From: a virus
IMG/VR virus record: IMGVR_UViG_3300017917_002938
Coordinates: 99,544 to 163,543 of that record
Direction: 5' to 3' (one strand)
Length of the DNA: 64,000 bases
Shown here: one piece after another, positions 34,273 to 42,507 of the stretch
Position numbering within the stretch: position 1 is the first letter of the stretch
Layout: each line of letters opens with the position of its first letter
Made by a program: the position numbers and the translations under genes
The notes under the pieces: generated by a model
Seen by the model: only the letters and a program-made list of their open reading frames with translations
Told to the model about the DNA's origin: nothing
Databases searched by the model: none

Positions 34273-35033
34273 TATGAGTACTTTGCAATAAGATTTACCC
34301 AGTCAATGTTAATAGAGTAAGGTATCGGGTCTTTAATACCTACCTTGGCGAAATTAGCGATACGTTCCGAACAAGAAGGACACTTTCCACAACTTCTTCC
34401 CTCTTCGTCTGGATCATAACATGTTAAAGTAAAATCAAATCTAACTCCACCCAATTCTTCAGCAATTTTAATCTCATGCTCTTTTGATAGATGACTGAAT
34501 GGTGCTAGTAGCTCTACTTTGTGAGTTCGATTCTGTGCTGCTACTGCATTCATACTATCGACAAACTTTTGAGATGTGTCCCAGTAACCATACTCATCAT
34601 GCACTTGAAGACCAGTGAACACATGAGACGCTTTATTTGCTTCTGCAAATGAAAATGCTAGTGAGTTAAGAATCATATTACGAAACGGTACGTAAGTCTT
34701 AGGCTGAGGATCTCCGAGAACCTCTTTGATAGTAGGCATTGCTACATTGGTTCCACCGATATTAGCGGATACTTCCTTTACTATATCGCCAAGGATGCTA
34801 AGATCTAGAATCTTATGCTTGACGCCTCCGAGGTAGTTACATGTCATTGCTGCCATCTGTAACTCTCGTTTCTGCTTCTGCCCGTAATTATACGACAACG
34901 CAAATACCCTACTCCTACCATACTTCTTAACAAGCAAGTAGGTCATTATAGTAGAGTCAAGACCTCCAGATAAAACCGATACAACGTTATGCTCAGTTTC
35001 CGGTAGGATTTGAAGTGCTTGTTCTAAGTTCAT
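34272..35033 (-). CDS. queC: 7-cyano-7-deazaguanine synthase QueC
   Basis: SGGLDST, YGQK, TYVPFRN, TCY...CGKCPSC.ER Zn site. Confidence 0.93.
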   Translation of the reverse strand: MNLEQALQILPETEHNVVSVLSGGLDSTIMTYLLVKKYGRSRVFALSYNYGQKQKRELQMAAMTCNYLGGVKHKILDLSILGDIVKEVSANIGGTNVAMPTIKEVLGDPQPKTYVPFRNMILNSLAFSFAEANKASHVFTGLQVHDEYGYWDTSQKFVDSMNAVAAQNRTHKVELLAPFSHLSKEHEIKIAEELGGVRFDFTLTCYDPDEEGRSCGKCPSCSERIANFAKVGIKDPIPYSINIDWVNLIAKYS

Positions 35034-35247
35034 CTTTTAACCTTTCAACATATACTGCAGCATCTAGTAACTCTTCTTGTAAGTGCTGTAACCATCCCAT
35101 TAAATCAATATCAGTTCGTTCTGTAGTAGTTCCGTACTTTTTATATCCTGAAGACATTCGTTGCCAGAGCATTCTACGAACTGATTCAACATTCTTATCG
35201 ATAGGGATATCACTATACCCTTTTTCGTCTAGTTCAGAAGGATGCAT
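34993..35247 (-). CDS. MazG-like all-alpha NTP pyrophosphohydrolase
   Basis: GYKKYG...WLQHLQEELLDAAVY (EExxD). Confidence 0.6.
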   Translation of the reverse strand: MHPSELDEKGYSDIPIDKNVESVRRMLWQRMSSGYKKYGTTTERTDIDLMGWLQHLQEELLDAAVYVERLKDELRTSTSNPTGN

Positions 35248-36170
35248 TATTGTCTCGCAGTCTTGGTTGACACATTGAACACCCGGTACATAGGAGCTTT
35301 TCTCATTGCTAGCTCCATGCTAGTTGCCCGTACTGGATTAATATCGATACCGCCTCTTCTAGTATACAGACAAGCTACAAATAGTTCTTCAGGTTTAAGT
35401 AAGTCAAGCAAGCGCTTATAAATGCACTCACAAATCTCTTCGTGAAAATGATTTTCTTTACGCATGGAAACAATATACTTTAAAAGAGATTCAGGTGTAA
35501 CAGACTTCTCTCCCTTAATGTGAATGTATACATCGCCCCAGTCAGGTTGATTAGTTACTCGACAATTAGACCTTAAAGAGTTAGAGCGCCATGTTTCGTA
35601 TCGTCCTATGGATGGTACTACCTCAAGAATATCAGGACTCTCGTTATAGTCACTAAATACCATGTTGTTAACGTTACAGTAATTTTCAAGAGAAATAAAA
35701 TCTCCAACAATAGGTCTGGAGGTATCTACGTCTCCAATAGAGATTCCTACATCAACATTACCTCCTACTGCTGCACTTAAATCGTTAGAAATTCTTTCCT
35801 CAATATCCCATATGTCTTCATCTATATCAATGAGCTTAGCCATATTATAAGAGTTAAGATATAACTTAACTGACTTAGATTCTACGATGTTAGGGGTGTC
35901 TGAGGCATAAGTGAATTTTAACCAACCAGTAACAGGGAATCCATTCTTACGTAAGGTAGAAAACTCATAAGCATTCCATACATCAAACCCTTCGAAAGGA
36001 AGACTGTCTTCTTCGATGCCATATTGAGTTCGATTAAGTGAACGAGGTACTCCTACTAACAGAGTAGGATCAACATCGTCTGGGGTTACATACGGTTTAA
36101 CTACAGTTCCATCCCCCGCTTTACCTAGGTGAACCGATACCAGTTTATTAAGTTCTTCTTGATTACTCAT
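35247..36170 (-). CDS. queF: NADPH-dependent preQ0 reductase QueF (bimodular type)
   Basis: QueF motif IVESKSVKLYLNS; catalytic SNCRVTNQPD; FHEE; YTRRGGIDINP. Confidence 0.93.
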   Translation of the reverse strand: MSNQEELNKLVSVHLGKAGDGTVVKPYVTPDDVDPTLLVGVPRSLNRTQYGIEEDSLPFEGFDVWNAYEFSTLRKNGFPVTGWLKFTYASDTPNIVESKSVKLYLNSYNMAKLIDIDEDIWDIEERISNDLSAAVGGNVDVGISIGDVDTSRPIVGDFISLENYCNVNNMVFSDYNESPDILEVVPSIGRYETWRSNSLRSNCRVTNQPDWGDVYIHIKGEKSVTPESLLKYIVSMRKENHFHEEICECIYKRLLDLLKPEELFVACLYTRRGGIDINPVRATSMELAMRKAPMYRVFNVSTKTARQ

Positions 36171-36703
36171 TATCTTCCTTCCAGTAAGTCTATAATTTTA
36201 TTCACTCGATTACGCACCGAACCTTGAACTCGGTGCATGGATAATCTTTTTTTCTCAATTATACTTTCAAACAGCTCAGCAATATCATCTCTGAACTTAA
36301 GATCAGTACTTCTTGTTCCGTCGTTCTCAATTGGAAACTCTGGTTCAATATAAAACACATGGTCATATTGAGTCCATACTTTATCAAACACATCAGTAAC
36401 ATACTTCAATGTTGGCATATTTACTTTAGCATTTTTATAAAGATAGGTAGTATATACTAGCCCATCCAGCACTGTTCGATCAGTAAGCATATTTTCGTGC
36501 ATGAACACATTTACAATATGCTCGTTCATGATCAGTCGCTGGGTATTATCAGTACCATCTTCGTTGATTGGTAATCCATAACTTTTTACCCTGCGAGTAA
36601 CCTCGTCACAAATAGTATAATTCTGAAATATTTTTTCTGAGCGTAATCCATTCAGTAAAGTAGTTTTACCTACAGACTGCGCTCCTGTGATTCCAATTCT
36701 CAT
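36170..36703 (-). CDS. P-loop nucleotide kinase-like protein (NadR/AAA_28-type)
   Basis: ITGAQSVGKTT, TDRTVLD, DGTR. Confidence 0.75.
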   Translation of the reverse strand: MRIGITGAQSVGKTTLLNGLRSEKIFQNYTICDEVTRRVKSYGLPINEDGTDNTQRLIMNEHIVNVFMHENMLTDRTVLDGLVYTTYLYKNAKVNMPTLKYVTDVFDKVWTQYDHVFYIEPEFPIENDGTRSTDLKFRDDIAELFESIIEKKRLSMHRVQGSVRNRVNKIIDLLEGR

Positions 36704-37326
36704 CCTAGTAATAACCTCGTCTGTAAAAAATCAACCCATAGATCAATAGATTTTATTTTAAGTTCATTGATAAGTTCTTCTTCTGTCATGCCTGGTGTGA
36801 TTACTTGGTGATGTATACGAAGAATCTCTCCCTCATCAACCCCTGGAGTAACTTTATGAATTATTGTACCTGTGGAAGGAAGACCCAGTTCTATTGCTTT
36901 TCTTTGTGGGTCTTTACCTTTAAGTTGAGGGTATGTGATGATGTCTCCTGGATGACCGTTATACATCTCAAACATATTACATACACCTGCAGGAATAATT
37001 CTTAAGTAACCATGTAGAGTTATTATCCACCCTGCAGGTTCTACACTATCCAGGAACGCCATGATAGAGTCATGATGCCAGGCTGCAACGTTACATTCAC
37101 GCATAAACGGATGCCAGGTTTCTTCCTTCATATTATTGGTAAATATGACGGTAGGTTTACGATTAAGTTTGTTGCATATTCCTGCGATCTCAGAACCAGA
37201 TTGGCTGAACATGCAAGCCCAGCTCGGTTCCCTTATAGTGATATCTGCATCGCTGGAATCAACATTAACCGTTAACGATTGCTCTGAAACATTCGACGTT
37301 ATAGGTAATGCGATTGAGTTCGTCAT
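36700..37326 (-). CDS. PurN-like formyltransferase (candidate preQ1 formyltransferase, DpdN-like)
   Basis: FSQSGSE, LHGYLRII, NGHPG, LKG, GTIIHKVTPGVDEG; located in the que cluster. Confidence 0.8.
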   Translation of the reverse strand: MTNSIALPITSNVSEQSLTVNVDSSDADITIREPSWACMFSQSGSEIAGICNKLNRKPTVIFTNNMKEETWHPFMRECNVAAWHHDSIMAFLDSVEPAGWIITLHGYLRIIPAGVCNMFEMYNGHPGDIITYPQLKGKDPQRKAIELGLPSTGTIIHKVTPGVDEGEILRIHHQVITPGMTEEELINELKIKSIDLWVDFLQTRLLLG

Positions 37327-38053
37327 CAGTCACCTCTTGGTTGATCATAGTAAATAATTTTTGAGAGGGTTTATCTTCTAACCCTTTAGCTCCATTATAG
37401 CGAATACCCTTTAATCCGGCAACTACAGGATTGGATGTATCAATAGTATCAATCCAGGAGAAGTCTCTGTAACTTGAGAACTCTTGAGGTAGACCGCATC
37501 CGAGTAAATGATGTGGCTTATTAGTGTTAATTATATCGGCGTGAAGCATTCGATGTAACATTGCATCTCGCCCGTGCATGTAATGATGAAACTTTGTAGG
37601 AAGTTTACCGTTTAGTTGTTCATTAACGAAAAAAGAATAATCAAAAGAAATAGCTACTTTGTCTACGTATGGTTCAATCTCTTGATAACACCAGATAATT
37701 TCATCGAGAGTTTTACCTTGCACTACACCAATAACTTCTGAAGGGAAGTCATAAGTCCAGTTCTTGATATTACTTACCGTACGTTCAGCATCTTCCAATG
37801 CATCAGGGATAATATAAGCTGAAGGCTTAAGCTTCTCAATCCACTTTGAGAACTTATCAGCATCAAATGCCTCTCCTAATTCAAAGATTGAATTATCGAG
37901 AAGAACGTAACGTCCTTTTTTTACTGCTTTATGAAAAAGATCATAGTATTCTTCACTCTCCTCAAACAAATGAACTAATGCGTAGTCATAGTCTGTTACT
38001 TCTTGTATTCGAGGAAAAATAGAGATGGGTGCTTCATGTGCAATCTTAATCAT
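37265..38053 (-). CDS. TGT-fold base-exchange protein (DpdA3-like)
   Basis: TGT-like motif order LLDNS / IPD / VVQG / HLLG / IDTS with both catalytic-Asp equivalents; located in the que cluster. Confidence 0.65.
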   Translation of the reverse strand: MIKIAHEAPISIFPRIQEVTDYDYALVHLFEESEEYYDLFHKAVKKGRYVLLDNSIFELGEAFDADKFSKWIEKLKPSAYIIPDALEDAERTVSNIKNWTYDFPSEVIGVVQGKTLDEIIWCYQEIEPYVDKVAISFDYSFFVNEQLNGKLPTKFHHYMHGRDAMLHRMLHADIINTNKPHHLLGCGLPQEFSSYRDFSWIDTIDTSNPVVAGLKGIRYNGAKGLEDKPSQKLFTMINQEVTDDELNRITYNVECFRAIVNG

Positions 38054-38432
38054 TCAGTTCAGCCTTTTCACGTTCGCGTTTCTTATAATAACGATCACTT
38101 AGTAGTGACATCTTCTCAATAATAGTATTAACTTGTTGTTGATTTAATACTACGATTTCCGTTACACCGGAAATTTTTTCTTCTAACCAAATATTTTTTG
38201 GATAGAATGCTTTAAAAGACTCTTCTATGCCTTTCATTTCATCAAGTGGGCCATAAATCGTTTTCATAATTTTAATGTCCCACTTTTCGTATTGCTCTGG
38301 AGAGTATTTGAACCTCTCCAGAGCATCATAGTTAGCGGTATGCCCGAACTTATAGAATTCTACCTTCCCTGTACTTTTGTTCGTAAACCGCGCCAAGTAT
38401 ACCTTGCCTGTCTTGCTCACTGATGTATTCAT
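38046..38432 (-). CDS. GIY-YIG-like (T5orf172-type) nuclease domain protein
   Basis: KVYL...FYKFGHT...ERF...E...GVTE. Confidence 0.55.
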   Translation of the reverse strand: MNTSVSKTGKVYLARFTNKSTGKVEFYKFGHTANYDALERFKYSPEQYEKWDIKIMKTIYGPLDEMKGIEESFKAFYPKNIWLEEKISGVTEIVVLNQQQVNTIIEKMSLLSDRYYKKREREKAELND

Positions 38433-38709
38433 AAAATTTATCCTCGTCGTCTACATCATCAATAAATTCTCTTTGATCAAATCTTTTCTCCTGTATAGTT
38501 TTTTCTTTGAAAAACTTTCTCGGGTTACCACACAAATGACATTTAGGATCTCCACAATTGGTTGCATGCATTTTATGGACGCGATGTGGTTGTTTTGAAA
38601 CTTTTTCCGATAAAAAGTATTTACCTGCGATCTTAATTTGTTTTTTTATTTTCACCGACTTCTGGTGAATTCTCTCGCTGTGTTTTAGTTTGTCTAATTC
38701 GTTCGACAT
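38350..38709 (-). CDS. Hypothetical Cys/His-rich protein
   Basis: PHRVHKMHATNCGDPKCHLCGNPRK. Confidence 0.6.
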   Translation of the reverse strand: MSNELDKLKHSERIHQKSVKIKKQIKIAGKYFLSEKVSKQPHRVHKMHATNCGDPKCHLCGNPRKFFKEKTIQEKRFDQREFIDDVDDEDKFYEYISEQDRQGILGAVYEQKYREGRIL

Positions 38710-38863
38710 TAGCTCTCCTACACTCTTCTTTTACTTGTACAGGATAGTCCGGGCTCATTTCAACCAGACTACAATTGTAGTATCTTCCTTGGGGCTGATT
38801 TTCTCCTATTAAAAATGATAACCCTAGTAAGGTGATTAGAAGTATAGGAAGAGCTAACTTCAT
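38633..38863 (-). CDS. Small exported protein
   Basis: Signal/TM, then YNCSLVEMSPDYPVQVKEECR. Confidence 0.6.
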   Translation of the reverse strand: MKLALPILLITLLGLSFLIGENQPQGRYYNCSLVEMSPDYPVQVKEECRRANVERIRQTKTQRENSPEVGENKKTN

Positions 38864-39147
38864 GTTAACATCCTTACTAGACCTATAGTATCTATCGTAG
38901 TTAGCAAGATGTAGTTAGCAAGCATCCCAAAAGATTTCCTACTATAAGCAGCCCAAGCATAGATAGCGCAGCCAGCAATCCACACAGGATAAAGAGCCAA
39001 GAGGGGAGGGTTTGGTACGGTAAGTGCCATTGTAATGCTACACCCAATACTAATAGCCCAAGCAAGAAGCTCGGCAACAAAGCGAGTAGGATGAGAGTTC
39101 CAGTCATCTTTTATCCATTTAAAGGTGTTAAGTAATATATCGTTCAT
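38860..39147 (-). CDS. Small multi-TM membrane protein
   Basis: Three hydrophobic segments. Confidence 0.7.
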   Translation of the reverse strand: MNDILLNTFKWIKDDWNSHPTRFVAELLAWAISIGCSITMALTVPNPPLLALYPVWIAGCAIYAWAAYSRKSFGMLANYILLTTIDTIGLVRMLT

Positions 39148-39401
39148 ACTTTCTTGCCTTCACCGGCAAGAAAGTAGTTAGTTACTTTTGACATCATCGT
39201 TGCTTTGGAATTAACCTGCTTAATAAGATTGGTAAATTTAAGTTTGGTTTCAGCTTTACCTGTCGATTCTTCGATTGTTTGAATACACAATAGACGAAAA
39301 TCTTCTGCCGGCATACTGGTGAAGCTTTCAAAGATATATTTCATTCTTTCTTCACCAATACCGTCATGTTTTACGCGTACGCGAGAACTATTTTGAGTCA
39401 T
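39144..39401 (-). CDS. Hypothetical protein
   Basis: Start trimmed to MTQNSS (AAAGG RBS) downstream of the promoter. Confidence 0.6.
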   Translation of the reverse strand: MTQNSSRVRVKHDGIGEERMKYIFESFTSMPAEDFRLLCIQTIEESTGKAETKLKFTNLIKQVNSKATMMSKVTNYFLAGEGKKV

Positions 39402-39432
39402 AATACCTTTCGTTATAGATGATCTTATTTTC

Positions 39433-39461
39433 ATTATAACTGAAGGTGGAATTAAAATCAA
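39433..39461 (-). promoter_or_regulatory. Early-type promoter inside the que island
   Basis: TTGATTTTAATTCCACCTTCAGTTATAAT (TTGATT-17-TATAAT). Confidence 0.75.
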
Positions 39462-39464
39462 GAG

Positions 39465-40163
39465 TTATTTACAAGCATATTGTTGTTGTAGCATAATATT
39501 GTCAAAGAACTCTTTCTTAGCTGCACTATCGGTCTGAAACAATCCATGTAATACTGTCGTCTGCGTTAGTGAACTATGAGCCATAATTCCTCTATTCTCG
39601 CAACAACCATGCGTGGCTTGAACGTATACAGCTACGTCATCACTATCTGTTGCCTTCATGATTTCTCGCGCAATGTCGTTACAAAGTTCTTCTTGCAACG
39701 TTCCTCGTCTTGCGCACCATTGGGCGATCCGAGTATACTTTGATAAACCAATAAGTTTATTAGCTGCGATAATTCCGATATACGCCACACCAACAACAGG
39801 TTGGTGATGGTGAGAACACATACTACGAAGCTCAGAACGCACAACCAACATACCCTCATATCGATCTTCTGAATCATTTGGAAAAGCCGTTGCATCGGGG
39901 GCGTGTTCATATCTGCCTGCCATTATTTCGTTATAGTACATTTTAGCCAAACGACGAGCTGTACCTTTAGAGTTAGGATCATTTTCACGGTCAATTAATA
40001 AACGATCAAGAACCGTTTCAAATGCTTCAGTTGCTTCTTCAATTAGTTGTTCTTTCATTCTATCATCTAGAATATATTCACTAATATTATCACCAGCCCA
40101 GAAGCGCTTGCCGTCGCGCTTCATATTTTCTCTAATTACTTGACTTAGATTCTTTTCTGACAT
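39465..40163 (-). CDS. folE: GTP cyclohydrolase I FolE
   Basis: SMCSHH, GLSKYTR, LQEEL, ATHGCCENRG. Confidence 0.95.
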   Translation of the reverse strand: MSEKNLSQVIRENMKRDGKRFWAGDNISEYILDDRMKEQLIEEATEAFETVLDRLLIDRENDPNSKGTARRLAKMYYNEIMAGRYEHAPDATAFPNDSEDRYEGMLVVRSELRSMCSHHHQPVVGVAYIGIIAANKLIGLSKYTRIAQWCARRGTLQEELCNDIAREIMKATDSDDVAVYVQATHGCCENRGIMAHSSLTQTTVLHGLFQTDSAAKKEFFDNIMLQQQYACK

Positions 40164-40165
40164 TA

Positions 40166-40666
40166 TCACTCCGCAAATAAATCTTCATTCCACTCACGAT
40201 GACCTTCTCTATAAGCCATATTAGATTGTGTCTCTCTTACCTCTACTCTGAAGCACCATAGACGTTCGGCTTCCCCTGGACCCCAGAAGTCAGGAATATA
40301 AACACCGTTAACATACTTGTATAGTTGATCGGCTAGTCCCTCACATCCTAGTTTAGGTAAAATGGTTAACTTAGCCATTTTACGTCGCTCAAGCTCTTTA
40401 TACATCTCTAGTTCAGGATCATCTTGTGCAACTAGCAATGTATGATCAAATTGACTTTCCAGTACACCCTTAAGCTCTTTAAGACCACCGTAGTCTGCCA
40501 CCCAGTTACGAGCATCCAGTGTATCGGTACCAAAATAAAACTTCATACTGAAAGAGTATCCATGAATTAAATTACAATGAGAGTCGGCTCTCCATTGACG
40601 GTATGCGCATGGAAATGCATCATGATATTCTTTTGTGCTAACGTATTTGTAAGTAATAGGTGTCAT
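40166..40666 (-). CDS. queD: 6-carboxytetrahydropterin synthase QueD
   Basis: HCNLIHGYS, DYGGLK, FDHT, VEVRETQSN. Confidence 0.88.
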   Translation of the reverse strand: MTPITYKYVSTKEYHDAFPCAYRQWRADSHCNLIHGYSFSMKFYFGTDTLDARNWVADYGGLKELKGVLESQFDHTLLVAQDDPELEMYKELERRKMAKLTILPKLGCEGLADQLYKYVNGVYIPDFWGPGEAERLWCFRVEVRETQSNMAYREGHREWNEDLFAE

Positions 40667-41097
40667 ATTTTCTCCCACCAAAAGTCAATCCAATTAGGAA
40701 TGAAATTTCTGTCAATCCTCCACCCGTGATAGGTGGGCGTGATAAGTTGCTGATCGGAATTGTATATCAGTGTAGCGGTGTCCATCTTACCATACGCTTC
40801 CATAATTTCTACCATGGTCTGGCCAGAGTCAATAATATCATCCACCAGTAATGTATCAGCATCAAGCTCAGCTGAAGCATCAAACATAACTGGTCTATCT
40901 TTTGACCACTCTAAACAATAAAACGGTAGTTTGATATGGTGGCTGATAATTACTGCGGGTATAACTCCACCCCTTGCAATACCTACTACCTTATTATACT
41001 TTCTATCAGACTCTCTTATTTCTTTAATCATTTTCTGTAGGTGAGATCTCATTACTGTCTCACCATAGTACAGAGCATTGCTCTTTTCGTCTATCAT
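40663..41097 (-). CDS. Type I purine phosphoribosyltransferase (Gpt-like)
   Basis: GIARGGVIPA, PRPP loop LLVDDIIDSGQT, WIDFWWE. Confidence 0.85.
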   Translation of the reverse strand: MIDEKSNALYYGETVMRSHLQKMIKEIRESDRKYNKVVGIARGGVIPAVIISHHIKLPFYCLEWSKDRPVMFDASAELDADTLLVDDIIDSGQTMVEIMEAYGKMDTATLIYNSDQQLITPTYHGWRIDRNFIPNWIDFWWEKI

Positions 41098-41945
41098 TAA
41101 GTTCCCCACTCATTTTTAAAGAGAGGTACTTGTAATCTGTCAGAGTAGCGGTAACCTCTCTTCATCGCTAACTCTGCTACACGTCTGTTATTCAGAACAT
41201 AAACGGATTCTACTCCTCCTACCGGCATTAAATAAACCGGACCTCTGAACCCTGCTTGTCTATATTCACTTACTGCTCTATCAGCCTCTTCAGCATCCTC
41301 TTCCGTAGCTACAACGAACTTAAGGTATGCATATCCGTACCATTCGTACATAGCCACAATATCGGGACAAATAGCATCTTCCCATTTTTCTCCTGATACG
41401 GATAGTTTAGGAGAGATAGAAAACGTAAGTTGGTCTCGTCTCTTTTTTGTCCAGTTATCGTTAAGATACTTTCTAAATTCGTTAGAAAGATCTTGCGTAC
41501 CGTTCGTTTCAAAGGTTAGTTCTTTAAGTTGAACCATCTTAGGGTGATTGAGCAGATCTGGATATGATCGCTGCCATCCTAGTAAAGGTTCACCTCCAGT
41601 AATTACCAGATGTTCGTCTTTCCATTCCTTGTACGGAAGGATATCCATAATTGAATCGGCCAGACCATCAGTAGATACCACAGGGCTAAGATGCTTAAAA
41701 CGAACATCCCAGCTAGCATAGCTGTCACAGCCCGTGCTAACCAAAGGAAGTGCTTTGTAGTCTGAATAATCTTGAGGGTTAATTTTGAGGTGCTCATCAC
41801 TTTTTTGTCCTTTAGGCATTCCAAAACCTGAGCAAGTGAAGTTACATCCGAATGTTCTTAAAAAGACGGATGGGACACCCATGTAGCGTCCTTCACCTTG
41901 AATGGAGTAGAATAACTCCGCGACTTTAATTTTCGACAATTTCAT
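41097..41945 (-). CDS. queE: 7-carboxy-7-deazaguanine synthase QueE (radical SAM)
   Basis: FYSIQGEG, FLRTFGCNFTC...CDS, ITGGEP, ETNGT, SPKL, YLMP, RLQV. Confidence 0.92.
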   Translation of the reverse strand: MKLSKIKVAELFYSIQGEGRYMGVPSVFLRTFGCNFTCSGFGMPKGQKSDEHLKINPQDYSDYKALPLVSTGCDSYASWDVRFKHLSPVVSTDGLADSIMDILPYKEWKDEHLVITGGEPLLGWQRSYPDLLNHPKMVQLKELTFETNGTQDLSNEFRKYLNDNWTKKRRDQLTFSISPKLSVSGEKWEDAICPDIVAMYEWYGYAYLKFVVATEEDAEEADRAVSEYRQAGFRGPVYLMPVGGVESVYVLNNRRVAELAMKRGYRYSDRLQVPLFKNEWGT

Positions 41946-42507
41946 CTCCTAGTTTACGTGGAAGGGCACGTGATAGTTTATATAGCTCGTCAACAGTTCC
42001 TTCAAGGGTTCTTTTCAGCTTCCTGTTACGATTTTTTTCTTGACGAGCGGCGCGTTCATAGTGAATTCTATTAGCTCTTGTAGTATAATCTACTCCGTTT
42101 AAATGATCCAGTTCGTGCTGAATACAACGTGCAGTCATACCAATAAATTTCTCAGTAACCGTTTCACCTGTGTGCTTTGTATAACGAATCCTGATGAATG
42201 CTGGACGTTTAATTTTTACAAAAAAGTTTGGGCGAGACAGACAACCTTCTTCCAGTAGCACCGTTTCAGTTGATGTGTCCACAATTCTAGGATTGAACAA
42301 TACCAAAGGCTGTTCTGAATAGAGAGCGAAGACACTATAAGGCAAGCCTACTTGGTTGGCTGCCAGCCCAATTCCTTTATACTTAATCATAGTCTCAATT
42401 AAATCATTCGCTAGTTCAGCGGGATTCATTGGAGGATCTTGAAAGTCAAATTTTTGTGTAGGAGTGTTCAGAATAGGAGCTGAACAACTTAATATATCAC
42501 GAATCAT
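41926..42507 (-). CDS. def: Peptide deformylase
   Basis: GIGLAANQVG, EEGCLS, QHELDHLNG. Confidence 0.93.
   Translation of the reverse strand: MIRDILSCSAPILNTPTQKFDFQDPPMNPAELANDLIETMIKYKGIGLAANQVGLPYSVFALYSEQPLVLFNPRIVDTSTETVLLEEGCLSRPNFFVKIKRPAFIRIRYTKHTGETVTEKFIGMTARCIQHELDHLNGVDYTTRANRIHYERAARQEKNRNRKLKRTLEGTVDELYKLSRALPRKLGDEIVEN

Noticed and set aside
36700-37326. Formyltransferase as a purine-biosynthesis purN auxiliary gene
   Set aside because: No other pur genes in the window, and it is coupled to the TGT-fold gene.
34272-41945. que genes as a tRNA queuosine auxiliary pathway
   Set aside because: No queA, queG/H, canonical Zn-binding tgt or tRNA genes here; the location among replication genes and the formyltransferase/kinase point to DNA modification. 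Not formally excluded.
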